Assembly: GCA_965116925.1 (NCBI GenBank)
Contig: OZ220744.1
Location: 6,144,001 to 6,208,000, forward strand
Length of the DNA: 64,000 bases
Direction of reading: 5' to 3'
Source of the DNA: Candidatus Poribacteria bacterium
GTDB taxonomy: Bacteria; Poribacteria; WGA-4E; PCPOR2b
This document shows, in pieces, positions 49,994-60,104 of the stretch (position 1 is its first letter; each line of letters opens with the position of its first letter). The translations under genes and the position numbers were made by a program. The notes under the pieces are model-generated. The model was given only the letters and a program-made list of their open reading frames with translations. It was not told the origin of the DNA and did not search any database.

Positions 49994-50491
49994 TTGGTGT
50001 ATAGAATAAAAATAGGAATTGTGTTACTACTCGTTGTTGGGCTGATGTTTGGCTGTGGAAGTGATAACGAGGTGGCAGACGATGGCCATGACCATGACCA
50101 CGACCACGACCACGACCATGAGCACGACGAGGAGGACAGCGGTGATTTTGAAGCTGCTGCGGATAACCTCGGCATTGTATTTGACGACCCGGTGGCTGCG
50201 GGAAGGACGAGTCCCTCTTTTAGTGCCGATATTTCACCTATCCTGACAAACCGATGCGCTATCCCAGGATGCCATGTCACTGGAGGCCCCCACGGAGTGG
50301 ATCTCCGCACCTATGACACGCTCAGTGCAGGCGCAGACGCTGGGGCTATCGTCATGGCAGGCGATGCGAAGGGAAGCGAAATAGTCGAAGAGATTGTGGA
50401 GGGCAAGATGCCCCCTGATGGACCGCCTCTAGAAGCAGCCCAAATCCAACTGATCGTTGATTGGATTACTGAGGGTGCCAAGAATAACTAG
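49994..50491 (+). CDS. Paralogous cytochrome c domain lipoprotein with His/Asp-rich linker (CX4CH)
   Basis: FGC lipobox; GHDHDHDHDHDHEHDEED; RCAIPGCH; KMPP; WITEGAKNN. Confidence 0.75.
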   Translation: MVYRIKIGIVLLLVVGLMFGCGSDNEVADDGHDHDHDHDHDHEHDEEDSGDFEAAADNLGIVFDDPVAAGRTSPSFSADISPILTNRCAIPGCHVTGGPHGVDLRTYDTLSAGADAGAIVMAGDAKGSEIVEEIVEGKMPPDGPPLEAAQIQLIVDWITEGAKNN

Positions 50492-50608
50492 AGCTTTATT
50501 GATAGTATAAAAGCAATCTTTTTTGATTTACTTTCCCCAACAGTTACTGATAATAGTGAACCGAGAGGTTCATCTAACTGATGTACACGTAGGTTCAGTC
50601 CTACCAAG

Positions 50609-50639
50609 TATCCCTCCCTTCGTGGAGGGATTTTCTTTG
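50609..50639 (+). terminator. Intrinsic terminator
   Basis: atccctcc-cttcgt-ggagggat followed by a T-rich tract. Confidence 0.6.
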
Positions 50640-50684
50640 TTCAACCTTTTGTGTATTCACACTGTTTAGAAAATGATAAACCTA

Positions 50685-50806
50685 GGCTTATATAAAAAGA
50701 GAGTGCAGAGCATGAAGAGAAACCGAGTTTTTTTGCCGATTCATCGGCATCCTCGGAACGGGACTTGAAAACTCGGTTTCTGTTGCACGATTTCTTTACA
50801 TGAGCC
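50685..50806. mobile_element. MITE family A with AGAAACCGAGTTTT...AAAACTCGGTTTCT cargo
   Basis: ggcttatataa...ttacatgagcc ends; the same cargo hairpin occurs in the partial copy ending at 9869. Confidence 0.65.
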
Positions 50807-50889
50807 AATCTAAAGACGAAGTGACGATGGTGGTATAAATAGTCTCTTACGTACTACTTGTTACGCACTGTTTTTTAAGGAGGCCTTGA

Positions 50890-53526
50890 ATGGCTCAAGA
50901 TAAATACGTTTACTTTTTTGGCAGCGGTCAAACCGATGGCAGTGCTGAGATGAGAAGCCTGCTCGGCGGTAAGGGTGCCAACCTCGCCGAAATGACCAGT
51001 TTAGACATTCCTGTCCCGCCCGGCTTCACAATATCGACCGAAACTGGCAGGTTATATCACGAAAACGGTAATCAATATCCAGATGGACTTGACGAACAGA
51101 TTGATGAAAATTTGCGAAAGCTAGAAGTGGCAATGGAGGCAAAGTTTGGAGATACCGAGAATCCACTGCTCGTTTCTGTCAGATCTGGAGCAGCAGTTTC
51201 GATGCCCGGTATGATGGACACTATCCTTAACCTCGGCTTGAACGACGATGCCGTCAAAGGGCTGACTGCAAAATCCGGGAGCGAACGTTTCGCTTACGAT
51301 GCCTATCGCCGATTTGTGCAGATGTTCGGGGATGTCGTCCTGGGTGTCGAACACGATGCGTTTGAGGGTCTCTTGGAAGCGAAGAAAACAGCGAAAGGTG
51401 TCGAACTTGATACGGAGTTGGATGCGAACGATCTGGCGGAATTGGTTTCCGAGTTTAAGGCACTCGTGAAGGAGGAAACAGGGTCGGACTTTCCTGATGA
51501 CCCACGTCAGCAGCTCGACATGGCGCGTGACGCGGTCTTTGAATCGTCAAACAATGAACGGGCGACCATCTACCGTCGGTTGAATAACATCTCCGAAGAA
51601 CTCGGACGGACAGCGGTCAATGTCCAAGCGATGGTTTTTGGGAATATGGGCGAAACGTCGGGGACGGGGGTTGCATTCACACGGGATCCCTCAACCGGTG
51701 AGAACTCTTTTTACGGCGAATTTCTGATGAACGCCCAAGGCGAAGACGTTGTTGCAGGGATTCGCACGCCACTGCCTATTGAAGAACTTCAGCAGGTCAT
51801 GCCGCAAGCCTATGAGCAGTTGACGGCGATTGGCGAAACTCTGGAATCGCATTACCGCGATCTACAGGATGTCGAGTTCACAATTCAGGATAGACGCCTT
51901 TATATGCTCCAAACCCGTAACGGGAAACGGACCGGTGCCGCCGCCGTGCGTACTGCCGTTGAAATGGTAAACGAAGGGCTCATTGACAAAGCAACTGCTC
52001 TGACCCGCATCCCACCGGACGATCTGGAACAACTCCTCCACCCGATGATCGATCCTGCGGTAGCGGTTGAGCCGATTGCGAAGGGATTGCCCGCCTCACC
52101 CGGTGCTGCTGTGGGCAAAGTGGTTTTCACAGCGGATCGTGCCGAGGAGCTGGTGGCTGAAGGCGAAAAGGTGATTCTAGTCCGCACCGAAACATCCCCA
52201 GAGGATATCGGTGGAATGCACGCCGCAGAAGGCATTTTAACGGCGCGTGGCGGGATGACCTCACACGCTGCGGTTGTCGCACGGGGCATGGGAAAATGCT
52301 GTGTCGCGGGATGTAGTGACATCACTGTCAACGAGGGGGCAAAGGAGTTTCAGGCTGGTGGCCTCCGGCTGACAGAGGGAGACCACATCACGCTCAACGG
52401 CTCCACCGGCGAGGTGATAGAGGGTGCGGTCAAACTGATTGACCCCGAATTGAGTGGCGACTTTGGCACGCTGATGGAGTGGGCGGATGAATTTCGTAAA
52501 CTCGGTGTGCGCACAAATGCGGACACGCCAAGCGACTCGCAGACTGCGAGGGGATTCGGTGCGGAGGGAATTGGTCTCTGTCGTACCGAGCACATGTTCT
52601 TTGAAGGGGAGCGGATTGATGCCGTCCGCGAGATGATTCTCGCGAAGGATGAAGAAGGACGCAAGGCAGCACTGGACAAACTGCTGCCGTACCAACGGGA
52701 GGACTTCGCGGGGATCTTTGAAGCGATGGACGGTTATCCGGTCACCATTCGGACACTCGATCCACCGCTCCACGAATTCTTGCCCCAAACCGATGAGGAT
52801 GTCCAAGAACTTGCCGATAAGATCGGTGTTCCCGCTGAGACATTGTATCAACAAAGGGAAGCGTTGCACGAATTTAATCCGATGTTGGGGCACCGCGGCT
52901 GTCGTCTCGGTATTATCTATCCGGAGATCACGGAGATGCAGGCGCGGGCAATCTTTGAGGCAGCTGTTGAGGTTACCAAACGTGGCGTTAAGGCAATCCC
53001 TGAGATTATGATTCCGCTGGTTGGGCATGTGCAGGAATTAGCGTTGCAGCGTGAGGTGGTCGTTGATACGGCGAACAAGGTGTTTGCGGAGACCGGCACT
53101 GAGGTGGAGTACCTCGTCGGGACGATGATCGAATTGCCGAGAGCCGCGCTCACTGCGAATGAAATCGCGCAAGAAGCAGAATTTTTCTCCTTCGGAACGA
53201 ATGATCTCACACAGACCACCTTCGGGATGAGTCGCGACGATGCCGGCAAGTTCTTGGGCGATTACGTGGATGGCGGTATCCTTGAACACGATCCGTTCCA
53301 GGTACTAGATCAGAGTGGTGTTGGTCAGTTAGTGCAGATTGGTACAAACAGAGGGCGTGAAACTCGCCCAGATCTCAAGGTCGGTATCTGTGGTGAACAC
53401 GGTGGTGAACCGAGTTCCGTTATCTTCTGCCACGACTCCGGTTTGGACTATGTTTCCTGTTCGCCGTTCCGCGTGCCGGTTGCCCGACTCGCTGCCGCGC
53501 AAGCTGCTGTCGCTGATGAGTCCTGA
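50890..53526 (+). CDS. ppdK: Pyruvate, phosphate dikinase
   Basis: [31 protein letters not shown] (phospho-His), [26 protein letters not shown]. Confidence 0.98.
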   Translation: MAQDKYVYFFGSGQTDGSAEMRSLLGGKGANLAEMTSLDIPVPPGFTISTETGRLYHENGNQYPDGLDEQIDENLRKLEVAMEAKFGDTENPLLVSVRSGAAVSMPGMMDTILNLGLNDDAVKGLTAKSGSERFAYDAYRRFVQMFGDVVLGVEHDAFEGLLEAKKTAKGVELDTELDANDLAELVSEFKALVKEETGSDFPDDPRQQLDMARDAVFESSNNERATIYRRLNNISEELGRTAVNVQAMVFGNMGETSGTGVAFTRDPSTGENSFYGEFLMNAQGEDVVAGIRTPLPIEELQQVMPQAYEQLTAIGETLESHYRDLQDVEFTIQDRRLYMLQTRNGKRTGAAAVRTAVEMVNEGLIDKATALTRIPPDDLEQLLHPMIDPAVAVEPIAKGLPASPGAAVGKVVFTADRAEELVAEGEKVILVRTETSPEDIGGMHAAEGILTARGGMTSHAAVVARGMGKCCVAGCSDITVNEGAKEFQAGGLRLTEGDHITLNGSTGEVIEGAVKLIDPELSGDFGTLMEWADEFRKLGVRTNADTPSDSQTARGFGAEGIGLCRTEHMFFEGERIDAVREMILAKDEEGRKAALDKLLPYQREDFAGIFEAMDGYPVTIRTLDPPLHEFLPQTDEDVQELADKIGVPAETLYQQREALHEFNPMLGHRGCRLGIIYPEITEMQARAIFEAAVEVTKRGVKAIPEIMIPLVGHVQELALQREVVVDTANKVFAETGTEVEYLVGTMIELPRAALTANEIAQEAEFFSFGTNDLTQTTFGMSRDDAGKFLGDYVDGGILEHDPFQVLDQSGVGQLVQIGTNRGRETRPDLKVGICGEHGGEPSSVIFCHDSGLDYVSCSPFRVPVARLAAAQAAVADES

Positions 53527-53830
53527 GATTCGTGAGAGAATTGACTATGTAGGGGCAGGTTTCATGAAGTTTAAGTATTTAAATCGGTAATCCCGCTTTT
53601 CCTCGAAACATACGGTAGGCGCGGTTTTCAACCGCGCTGGTGTCGCTAGCAAATTACCGAATTATTTTTTTAATTTTCATCCAACCTGCCCATCTACAAA
53701 CCTACACCTTACGGTTTATCGCATGTTTGTAGTAGCGCGCTTATTGCGCGTTACGTTAGATTCAATGACGTTCTGGGCACAGTCCAAACGCTTTCTTCGA
53801 TAGAAGTTTCATAGGAAAAGATTAATGAAA

Positions 53831-53984
53831 TAGGACTTACGCCCTTCAGTTTGTAGTAGCGCAATTCATTGCGCGTCGAAGGGCATATTTAGCATTCACA
53901 GCCATCGTAGGCGGGGCATCCTGCCCAGCATTGGTGATGAAACATCGAATTGCAACACCTCATCGTTCAGCTGCGTAAGCTCTA
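53831..53984. mobile_element. MITE family C inserted at the start of the DUF2283 gene
   Basis: taggacttacgc...gcgtaagctcta; ATGAAA on both sides (53825 and 53984); cargo includes the RAYT-type REP and the GTAGGCGGGGC REP. Confidence 0.7.
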
Positions 53985-54202
53985 TGAAAGTCAAATATTT
54001 TCACGACACAGATACCGCCTTAGTTGAATTCTCAGAGCGCGAAGTGACCGAGACGAAAGAAATTAACGAGAATATCTATATCGATTTAGACGCCTTCGGC
54101 AATCTGGTAGCAATGACCATCGAACATGCCCAACAACAGGCAAGTCTGCCGGATTTGTCCTATGAACAGATAGAAAAACCAAGTGCAGATTTATCGAATT
54201 GA
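53984..54202 (+). CDS. DUF2283 family protein (putative antitoxin)
   Basis: MKVKYFHDTDTALVEF...IYIDLDAFGNLVAMTIEHA. Confidence 0.8.
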   Translation: MKVKYFHDTDTALVEFSEREVTETKEINENIYIDLDAFGNLVAMTIEHAQQQASLPDLSYEQIEKPSADLSN

Positions 54203-54254
54203 AGAATGTACGAAAATTCCTGCAATTTTGTTGATGATAATTAGGAGGATAACA

Positions 54255-54839
54255 ATGGCACTTGAGAATTTGACGTCTTCACAAGTAAAGGAAATCATCC
54301 GTGCAGAATTTCGCCAACTTCCTGAAACCCATTGGATACAAAATCTTCGACATCCCGCTTACCACCTGCGCCAGCCAATCCCGATCTTGATCGAAAGAGC
54401 GGATGGTACTGTGACTGCTACCTACGATGATATTGAGCTATGTGGCATGGGTGACAGCGTGAAAGCGGCAATGTCAGACTTGTGCACAAAAATTGTTGCC
54501 CGTTATGAGGAGCTAGGGGAAAGCCCTGCAAAGTCTCAAGAGTATGCATTCCTCAAACAAATTATTGAGGAAATTGAACCCCCGGCGTGGCAAGAACTAA
54601 AAAAACTTTATAAAGAGAGATTGGAAGAAATCCCTTATGTCAAGGAAGGTTACATAAAAATTAATGGCAAGGACGCAGATGTTATAATTGTAATTTCAGA
54701 ATATTCTGTGACTCGAATCGAGCAGTTAGCTGGAATTGATCTGGAGATAAACCTGAAATTTCGTCCCCTCTATTTTTTTGTAGAATATAAGCTCTCAGAA
54801 AAAGATCTTGAACTGGACGATTTTGACTGTTTTTATTAG
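54255..54839 (+). CDS. Hypothetical protein, probable antitoxin (HicB-like middle; possible degenerate MNT-like C-terminus)
   Basis: AGGAGG RBS; IPILIE..TVTATYDDIELCGMGDSVKAAMSDL resembles the HicB fold; sits directly upstream of the HEPN gene. Confidence 0.5.
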   Translation: MALENLTSSQVKEIIRAEFRQLPETHWIQNLRHPAYHLRQPIPILIERADGTVTATYDDIELCGMGDSVKAAMSDLCTKIVARYEELGESPAKSQEYAFLKQIIEEIEPPAWQELKKLYKERLEEIPYVKEGYIKINGKDADVIIVISEYSVTRIEQLAGIDLEINLKFRPLYFFVEYKLSEKDLELDDFDCFY

Positions 54840-54950
54840 ACTTGTACCTAGACCCTATCTCTATATTCCCCGATTTCTTCCAAGCTCTCTGTTAAGGAGG
54901 GATGAAAACAGGGATTATCCACATGCCAACAGCGGAAGCACATATAGATA

Positions 54951-55889
54951 ACCCAAGTTGCTACCTATAATTGAGTAGTTGGTTGGAGTTAAAGTTGATA
55001 GATACTGCTTGCTAATACAAACAAGACCACTTTCAATTCAAATCCTTGTTGTGTTACGGCATGAATCGAACGAGGCAGCAATCGCTCAATTAAACTGCCA
55101 GCGGTCTCGACAGACTTACGATGGCAAGCCGCCACATAGGTCTCCCACTGTGGATAAGGTCGCTTGGAATTCTGTTTGCGTGTCGGCTTGAGGTCCACTC
55201 CAATGGTTGCCAATATATCCTCTATCTCATAGTTATTGTATGCTTTATCCCCGTAGACACAACTGCCCGGTGGTAAGTCAAAATCAAAATACTGTAATCC
55301 CTCGACATCACTCATGCTTGCTGGCGTTAGAAAAAACTCAACAGGCTGTTGGCTCGCTGTCACTAACAGGTGAACTTTCAAGCCATAGAAGTACCGACGC
55401 TTGGACGCTTGATACCCACGAAATGCCTCATCGGTATACAGTTTTGACCGACTAATGCGGATATTGTCACAGACCGCAATAGGCAGTGTATCTATCGCAT
55501 AAATCTGCTGTTGATTGAGTTTTACATAACTTTCGGCTAAGATTTTGAACAATGTGATGAACATCGGTTTAATCCGATGCAACCGTCGATTGAAACGACT
55601 TTTTGACAGCATATTGGGGATATAGCCATGAGTGTGTAGAAAGTCACAAGTCACTTGGAAGTTACCACCGAAAAACAACGCAGCGACGACCCCGGTGGTC
55701 ATGACCTCGGCGTCAGTCATCTGCGCCTGTGGAGAGGTTTTTGAGTTAAGTGCTTCTAACAGCTTGTCACAGAGATAGAAAATGGTTACAATTTGTAGGT
55801 CCATGGGTTTCTCCTTTTGAGGGGGTATGGGTGAATCCCCTCAAGTTTAACGGAAAACCCATGGATTTTCAATAACTAGCAACTTGGGT
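54951..55889 (-). mobile_element. IS982-family insertion sequence, 939 bp
   Basis: Terminal inverted repeats ACCCAAGTTGCTA / TAGCAACTTGGGT; 8-bp target duplication TATAGATA (54943-54950, 55890-55897). Confidence 0.92.
54989..55804 (-). CDS. IS982-family DDE transposase
   Basis: MTDAEVMT, SRFNRRL, AIDTLPI, GYQASKRRYFYGLKVH, GDKAY, RKSVET. Confidence 0.92.
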   Translation of the reverse strand: MDLQIVTIFYLCDKLLEALNSKTSPQAQMTDAEVMTTGVVAALFFGGNFQVTCDFLHTHGYIPNMLSKSRFNRRLHRIKPMFITLFKILAESYVKLNQQQIYAIDTLPIAVCDNIRISRSKLYTDEAFRGYQASKRRYFYGLKVHLLVTASQQPVEFFLTPASMSDVEGLQYFDFDLPPGSCVYGDKAYNNYEIEDILATIGVDLKPTRKQNSKRPYPQWETYVAACHRKSVETAGSLIERLLPRSIHAVTQQGFELKVVLFVLASSIYQL

Positions 55890-56321
55890 TATAGATAAGC
55901 AAAATAGAACACAACTTGCCCTTTCCGATCTTCAACAATCTCAAAATAGTCCTCAACATGGTGGCTGGATTGTGACGCTCGCTTTCTATAAAGCCTTACA
56001 CGCTGTCGATTCTTATTTTGCAAAACAGGGGATTGACCGCGAAGGGCACGATAAAAGGCACAAGGCAAGAGAGCGACAGGTCCAGAACTATCTTGGAAGT
56101 ATACACAGAGAGTATTCTGCACTATATATGGCAAGCATACAGGCACGATATGAGGAATATACTCACGAACCTCAAGAAGTCACAAGGCTAGTCAATCATG
56201 CGTTGAGGATTGAAAAGTACATCAAGACACTACTGGAATCGTCCTAAAGCCCATCAATACAATACCCATCCCATACGGGAGTTGGTTGTCAGATGTTCTG
56301 TGGGAGGGTTTCGGAGAAAAT

Positions 56322-56357
56322 AAAAAAGCCATGTAGAACCTTCTACATGGCTTTTTT
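56322..56357. terminator. Bidirectional intrinsic terminator
   Basis: AAAAAAGCCATGTAGAA-CC-TTCTACATGGCTTTTTT between convergent genes. Confidence 0.85.
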
Positions 56358-56389
56358 GCTGCACAAACTGATTTCAAAATTTGGGAGAA

Positions 56390-56932
56390 CTACCGTCTAG
56401 CACGACGACGAGTGTTTCGCCGTTGGGATTTGCGGCCTTCATCATCCTCCGTGTTTGTCGTCCGCTGACGGGGACGTTGTCGCAACTGTTCCCGGACACG
56501 AGTCCTGTCGTCTGTGGATTCAGCCGCTAGACGATTTGAGCGGGTGTGCCGGCTCCGGTTGACCCGCTGTTGGAATGCGGCAGGATCCCGACGTTCTCCA
56601 ACGCGGCGATTGGGAGTTGTCTCTTGGATTGACGCTTGAGCAGGAGCACGTTGGATAGGTTTCTCATCTGCACGGTAGCTATCATTCGGGTTTGGGTCAA
56701 TCAGCCAATAGGGTGGTGGCTGCCCCAATTCAGATCCGTAGCCGTAATGTTGACGATACTGAGACAGCTGCCAAGCGTCATAGAGAAAACCGGGCGGGAG
56801 ACTATCATAAATATCCATCTCATCTTCATAGATCCGTTGTTCCTCCTCAAGAGGAACGGTGCGGATGCTGCACCCAGCCAAAAACATGGCTGTAAATGAA
56901 ATCATCAGCACAGTGTGAAAACAAGGTTTCAT
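56390..56932 (-). CDS. Hypothetical lipoprotein with Arg-rich disordered tail
   Basis: Lipobox LAGC; R-rich C-terminus. Confidence 0.65.
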   Translation of the reverse strand: MKPCFHTVLMISFTAMFLAGCSIRTVPLEEEQRIYEDEMDIYDSLPPGFLYDAWQLSQYRQHYGYGSELGQPPPYWLIDPNPNDSYRADEKPIQRAPAQASIQETTPNRRVGERRDPAAFQQRVNRSRHTRSNRLAAESTDDRTRVREQLRQRPRQRTTNTEDDEGRKSQRRNTRRRARR

Positions 56933-56989
56933 GATAGGCCCCTATGTTGTTGGCTTTTTTGCTGCCTATACTACTTCTGAATCAACGGG

Positions 56990-57901
56990 TTAATCTCCCC
57001 ATGAAGATCCACGTGGCACCCACAACCACTGCCGTCCCGGATAGAGTCGCGTCCGATCGAAGTCATAATCGTCCTGATTCGCTTCGGCGAGTCGGGGCCA
57101 AAGTTCCTCGTTGTCATATACCTCTGGACGTGAGGCAATGATTGGAAGCGTATCGCCTTCCTTCACGAGGTATCGATCGACTTTCTCCGGGGAGGAGATC
57201 GTAAAGCTAAAGGTGCGACCCGACTCAAGCGTGTTGCCAGCGGCGGCGGTATCTTTAACACCCGATATGTTGACAGTATACATACGCCCGGACCGATATG
57301 GTGCATTGGGAGTAAACATAATTGTGTTTCCGCTGCCAGAAACGGTGCCAGCAATCTCGCCAGATTGTTGCGTTCCCGAATCCGGCGTTGATTCTACGGA
57401 GACGGTTAAACTACCAGATGCACTGTCAACATCTTCGCTGAAGGTGATTGAGATAGGAACACTCACACTCAACGAATCTTCATACTCCGATATGACCGTT
57501 CCATCTGCGGGACTAACTCCCGTGATTGTTGGGGCAGTTGCGTCCGTGTAGGTGAATTGCTGGCTCATTGTAACAGTGCCCTCCGGTTTCGTGTTGCCAT
57601 TGTTGGTGACAACAACTGAAACCGATTCGCCTGCCATCCCTGCCGGTGTCACTGCCGTAATCTCCATTTTACTGGGGACATTTACGCTTGTGGCATTCTT
57701 CCCACCCACTTTCACCGTAACGCCATTTTTCATATCGAACTTGTCGCCCGTAATTCGGATGGCTGTCCCACCGGTCTCAGGACCTTCCGTTGGGCTGAAA
57801 CTTGCCGGCTCAGGAGGCGGATTGCAGCCACTGCATCCGGAGATCCCTGCCAATATAAATGCAAATGCGATAACTGTTGAAATATTTCTGAGTGTTTTCA
57901 T
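56990..57901 (-). CDS. Lipoprotein with IPT/TIG, Big_5-like Ig and LysM domains
   Basis: ISGC lipobox; SPTEGPETGGTAIRITG (IPT); ITFSEDVD (Big_5); YLVKEGDTLPIIA...WPRLAEAN (LysM). Confidence 0.8.
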   Translation of the reverse strand: MKTLRNISTVIAFAFILAGISGCSGCNPPPEPASFSPTEGPETGGTAIRITGDKFDMKNGVTVKVGGKNATSVNVPSKMEITAVTPAGMAGESVSVVVTNNGNTKPEGTVTMSQQFTYTDATAPTITGVSPADGTVISEYEDSLSVSVPISITFSEDVDSASGSLTVSVESTPDSGTQQSGEIAGTVSGSGNTIMFTPNAPYRSGRMYTVNISGVKDTAAAGNTLESGRTFSFTISSPEKVDRYLVKEGDTLPIIASRPEVYDNEELWPRLAEANQDDYDFDRTRLYPGRQWLWVPRGSSWGD

Positions 57902-58105
57902 TCGGTTTTTCTCCTGAACGTTTGGACTACAATATCAAGTCGTCTGTTGAAATGCTAGGGGACAGTCAAAACTCAGGCTATCATTCTCATTGAAACAAAG
58001 AAGCGCGCCGTTGTAAGGACTTTCACTGCGTGGGGCTGACATTGTAGTATAAGCTGAAATTCAAAACCCTTTACACAAAAGATAGATTAAGTGATAACTT
58101 CTTCT

Positions 58106-58134
58106 AGTATACAGATTGATAGGCGGTTTGTCAA
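58106..58134 (-). promoter_or_regulatory. Sigma70 promoter for the LysM lipoprotein operon
   Basis: Minus-strand TTGACA, 17 bp, TATACT. Confidence 0.65.
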
Positions 58135-58160
58135 CACTTTTTAATATGTTTTGGCATTTC

Positions 58161-58574
58161 TTACCGAAGCGTATTGGTAGTTGTGAGTCCTAATGCTTTA
58201 GCCAATTCTTGTTCGACAACTTTCATATCATTTGGGGCTAGTGCTCTGTCAGGCAAATTATGATTGTCTATATGGATTGAGACTCATAGTACTTCGTAGG
58301 GGTCGGGTCACCCGACCCCCGCACTGGCAAATAAGGGCGGGGAGACCCCGCCCCTACAATTTATTTTCGTGCTTTGCACTTTCTACATGAACCCTGATTG
58401 AAAGCAAACGATAACATATATAATAATTCCAAAACTTATATGACTGAGTACTAGATTAATTTGGGATTGATTGTAGAAGTCAGTACTTATGACGAGAGCA
58501 GGACGCTTTTTTGTTGCTGTTAAATCCGTGAAGGGGAATCGAACAAGAACCACGTCACCTCGTTTATAGCTCAT
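58161..58574 (-). pseudogene. MazF/PemK toxin gene disrupted by a MITE, with internal deletion
   Basis: N-terminal part MSYKRGDVVLVRFPFTDLTATKKRPALVIS; C-terminal helix LAPNDMKVVEQELAKALGL beyond the MITE; the middle is missing. Confidence 0.8.
58238..58454. mobile_element. 217-bp CTAG-bounded MITE (family D), second copy
   Basis: Differs from 48974-49190 at only a few positions. Confidence 0.88.
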
Positions 58575-58767
58575 CGTAGACAGCATCCTCTGGGTTATCC
58601 CAAACTTGCATAAAAACCGGTTCAGAAAGGTAGGCTGCGTCACGAGCTGAAACTTCTATATCAGCGTCTTCTGAATTTGCAAGGGCAGATAGTATTATAC
58701 GTCTATCTTCCTGCGGCATTTGTTTAATAGTGCTAATAATTTGTTCGATTGTTAAAGTTTGATTCAT
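58564..58767 (-). CDS. Putative antitoxin of the MazF pair
   Basis: AAGGAG RBS; acidic C-terminus LSEPVFMQVWDNPEDAVYDEL; overlaps the toxin start. Confidence 0.7.
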   Translation of the reverse strand: MNQTLTIEQIISTIKQMPQEDRRIILSALANSEDADIEVSARDAAYLSEPVFMQVWDNPEDAVYDEL

Positions 58768-58925
58768 CTTCAGTCTCCTTTGACACCATAAGAGTATGCG
58801 AATTATACCATAGTATGCCCTGATACGCCAACATGCTTTGCGTGATGCAGGGGCGTTTAATTCTCCTGTAGGTGCTTGCATCCCGATTTATCGGGGAGGG
58901 ATCTCCGAATCTCGAATCACTCCCA

Positions 58926-59825
58926 TTAGCGGACGAACCAACGCATGGGGTAGTTGCCTTCGATATCCTCAAACGCCAGCGTGTACGGATCGCAGCGTCT
59001 GTATACGACCGATCCATCCGTCCGCACCATCAGCCAGCCGAAGTCCCAGCCACGACTCGTGTATACCAAAGGCACAGCGGGCTTAACACGGATGGTCGGA
59101 TGCGTTCCAGCGATAAAAAGCTGCTGCCCCGTGTAGTAGTAACACGATCCGGTCTGCACAAACATCTCATGATCTACCGCTGTAGCGGAATCTTCTACCC
59201 AATCCGCACACAACCCCCGAATCCCAATCTTCACTTCGCAGCCTTGCGAGAAGGCATCGGCGAGGTCGTGAACCGATCCCGACTGGACTGCCCCCTCGGC
59301 GTCGTGCGACAGCACCTCGTGCCATTCGTCGCGCACGTAAAAGCGATATAGATCAAAATCGTAAATAAAATTCTGACTCGGCGCATTGGTCTGCTGATCC
59401 CAGCCATCTTGTGGGTGGTATTTAGGCATATCTGTATGATCATCAACGTACAGGGCGGTAGGAGCTTGCGTCGCCCCTTGTCCGTCGAGATGAGGACGGG
59501 CAATCGCCTGCTGTCCGTTCTGGTTGTAGAGGAAAAACGACATAGACGCACGGGGCCCGAAACCATCAGGCAGTGAAACAGGTTGGCGTAGGCTCATTAT
59601 ACCCGCTGCCCAAGAATCCTCAAGGAGGTAGGTGACGCCAAATTCGGCGACTTCGCGTATACGCTCGGTGCTGTCAGAGGTGACATCAATGTGCTCGTTG
59701 TGGATAAATTCGGTGTAGATCCGCAAGTCGCATCCACGTCTTATGGCATCGGCGAGGGCTGCTTCGCTGCCCGCTATCTTGTGGCGTTCTGTGTTGAGTT
59801 CTAAGGCACAATTCCATGGAACCAT
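58926..59825 (-). CDS. Hypothetical protein with apparent internal duplication
   Basis: AAGGAG RBS; repeated motif (AGSEAALADAIRRGCDLRI / SGSVHDLADAFSQGCEVKI). Confidence 0.7.
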   Translation of the reverse strand: MVPWNCALELNTERHKIAGSEAALADAIRRGCDLRIYTEFIHNEHIDVTSDSTERIREVAEFGVTYLLEDSWAAGIMSLRQPVSLPDGFGPRASMSFFLYNQNGQQAIARPHLDGQGATQAPTALYVDDHTDMPKYHPQDGWDQQTNAPSQNFIYDFDLYRFYVRDEWHEVLSHDAEGAVQSGSVHDLADAFSQGCEVKIGIRGLCADWVEDSATAVDHEMFVQTGSCYYYTGQQLFIAGTHPTIRVKPAVPLVYTSRGWDFGWLMVRTDGSVVYRRCDPYTLAFEDIEGNYPMRWFVR

Positions 59826-60104
59826 GGGAGGACTCCTTATCGATTAGAAATGCCGTTCAGAGTTTCTGAATGAGACGCCTCTCACATACAACGACTAAAA
59901 TAAATATTGGTTTGATTTTTAGTAGAATCGTGATACAATTGGGAAAAGCATCGGAGGAGGATGTATGTTTGTTCTCAGATTTGATATTGAAAGCGCGTAC
60001 GCGCTCCACTCAAGTCTTGAGTCCGACGAGAACTGGCAAATTCACTACCATCAAAAGAACCACTACACTGTTTCACCACTTTTTGTTGTGAGGTGCTATC
60101 CATT

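Larger units (their letters stand above)
54902..56247 (+). pseudogene. HEPN-domain gene interrupted by IS982
   Basis: Removing the IS and one TATAGATA copy restores MKTGIIHMPTAEAHIDKQNR...WIVTLAFYKALHAVDSYF...YSALYMASIQARYE, in frame. Confidence 0.75.

Noticed and set aside
52261..53028. Long antisense ORFs (also 18929-19678, 29026-29778, 38405-39013, 40776-41336)
   Set aside because: Shadows of well-supported genes on the opposite strand with no recognisable motifs.
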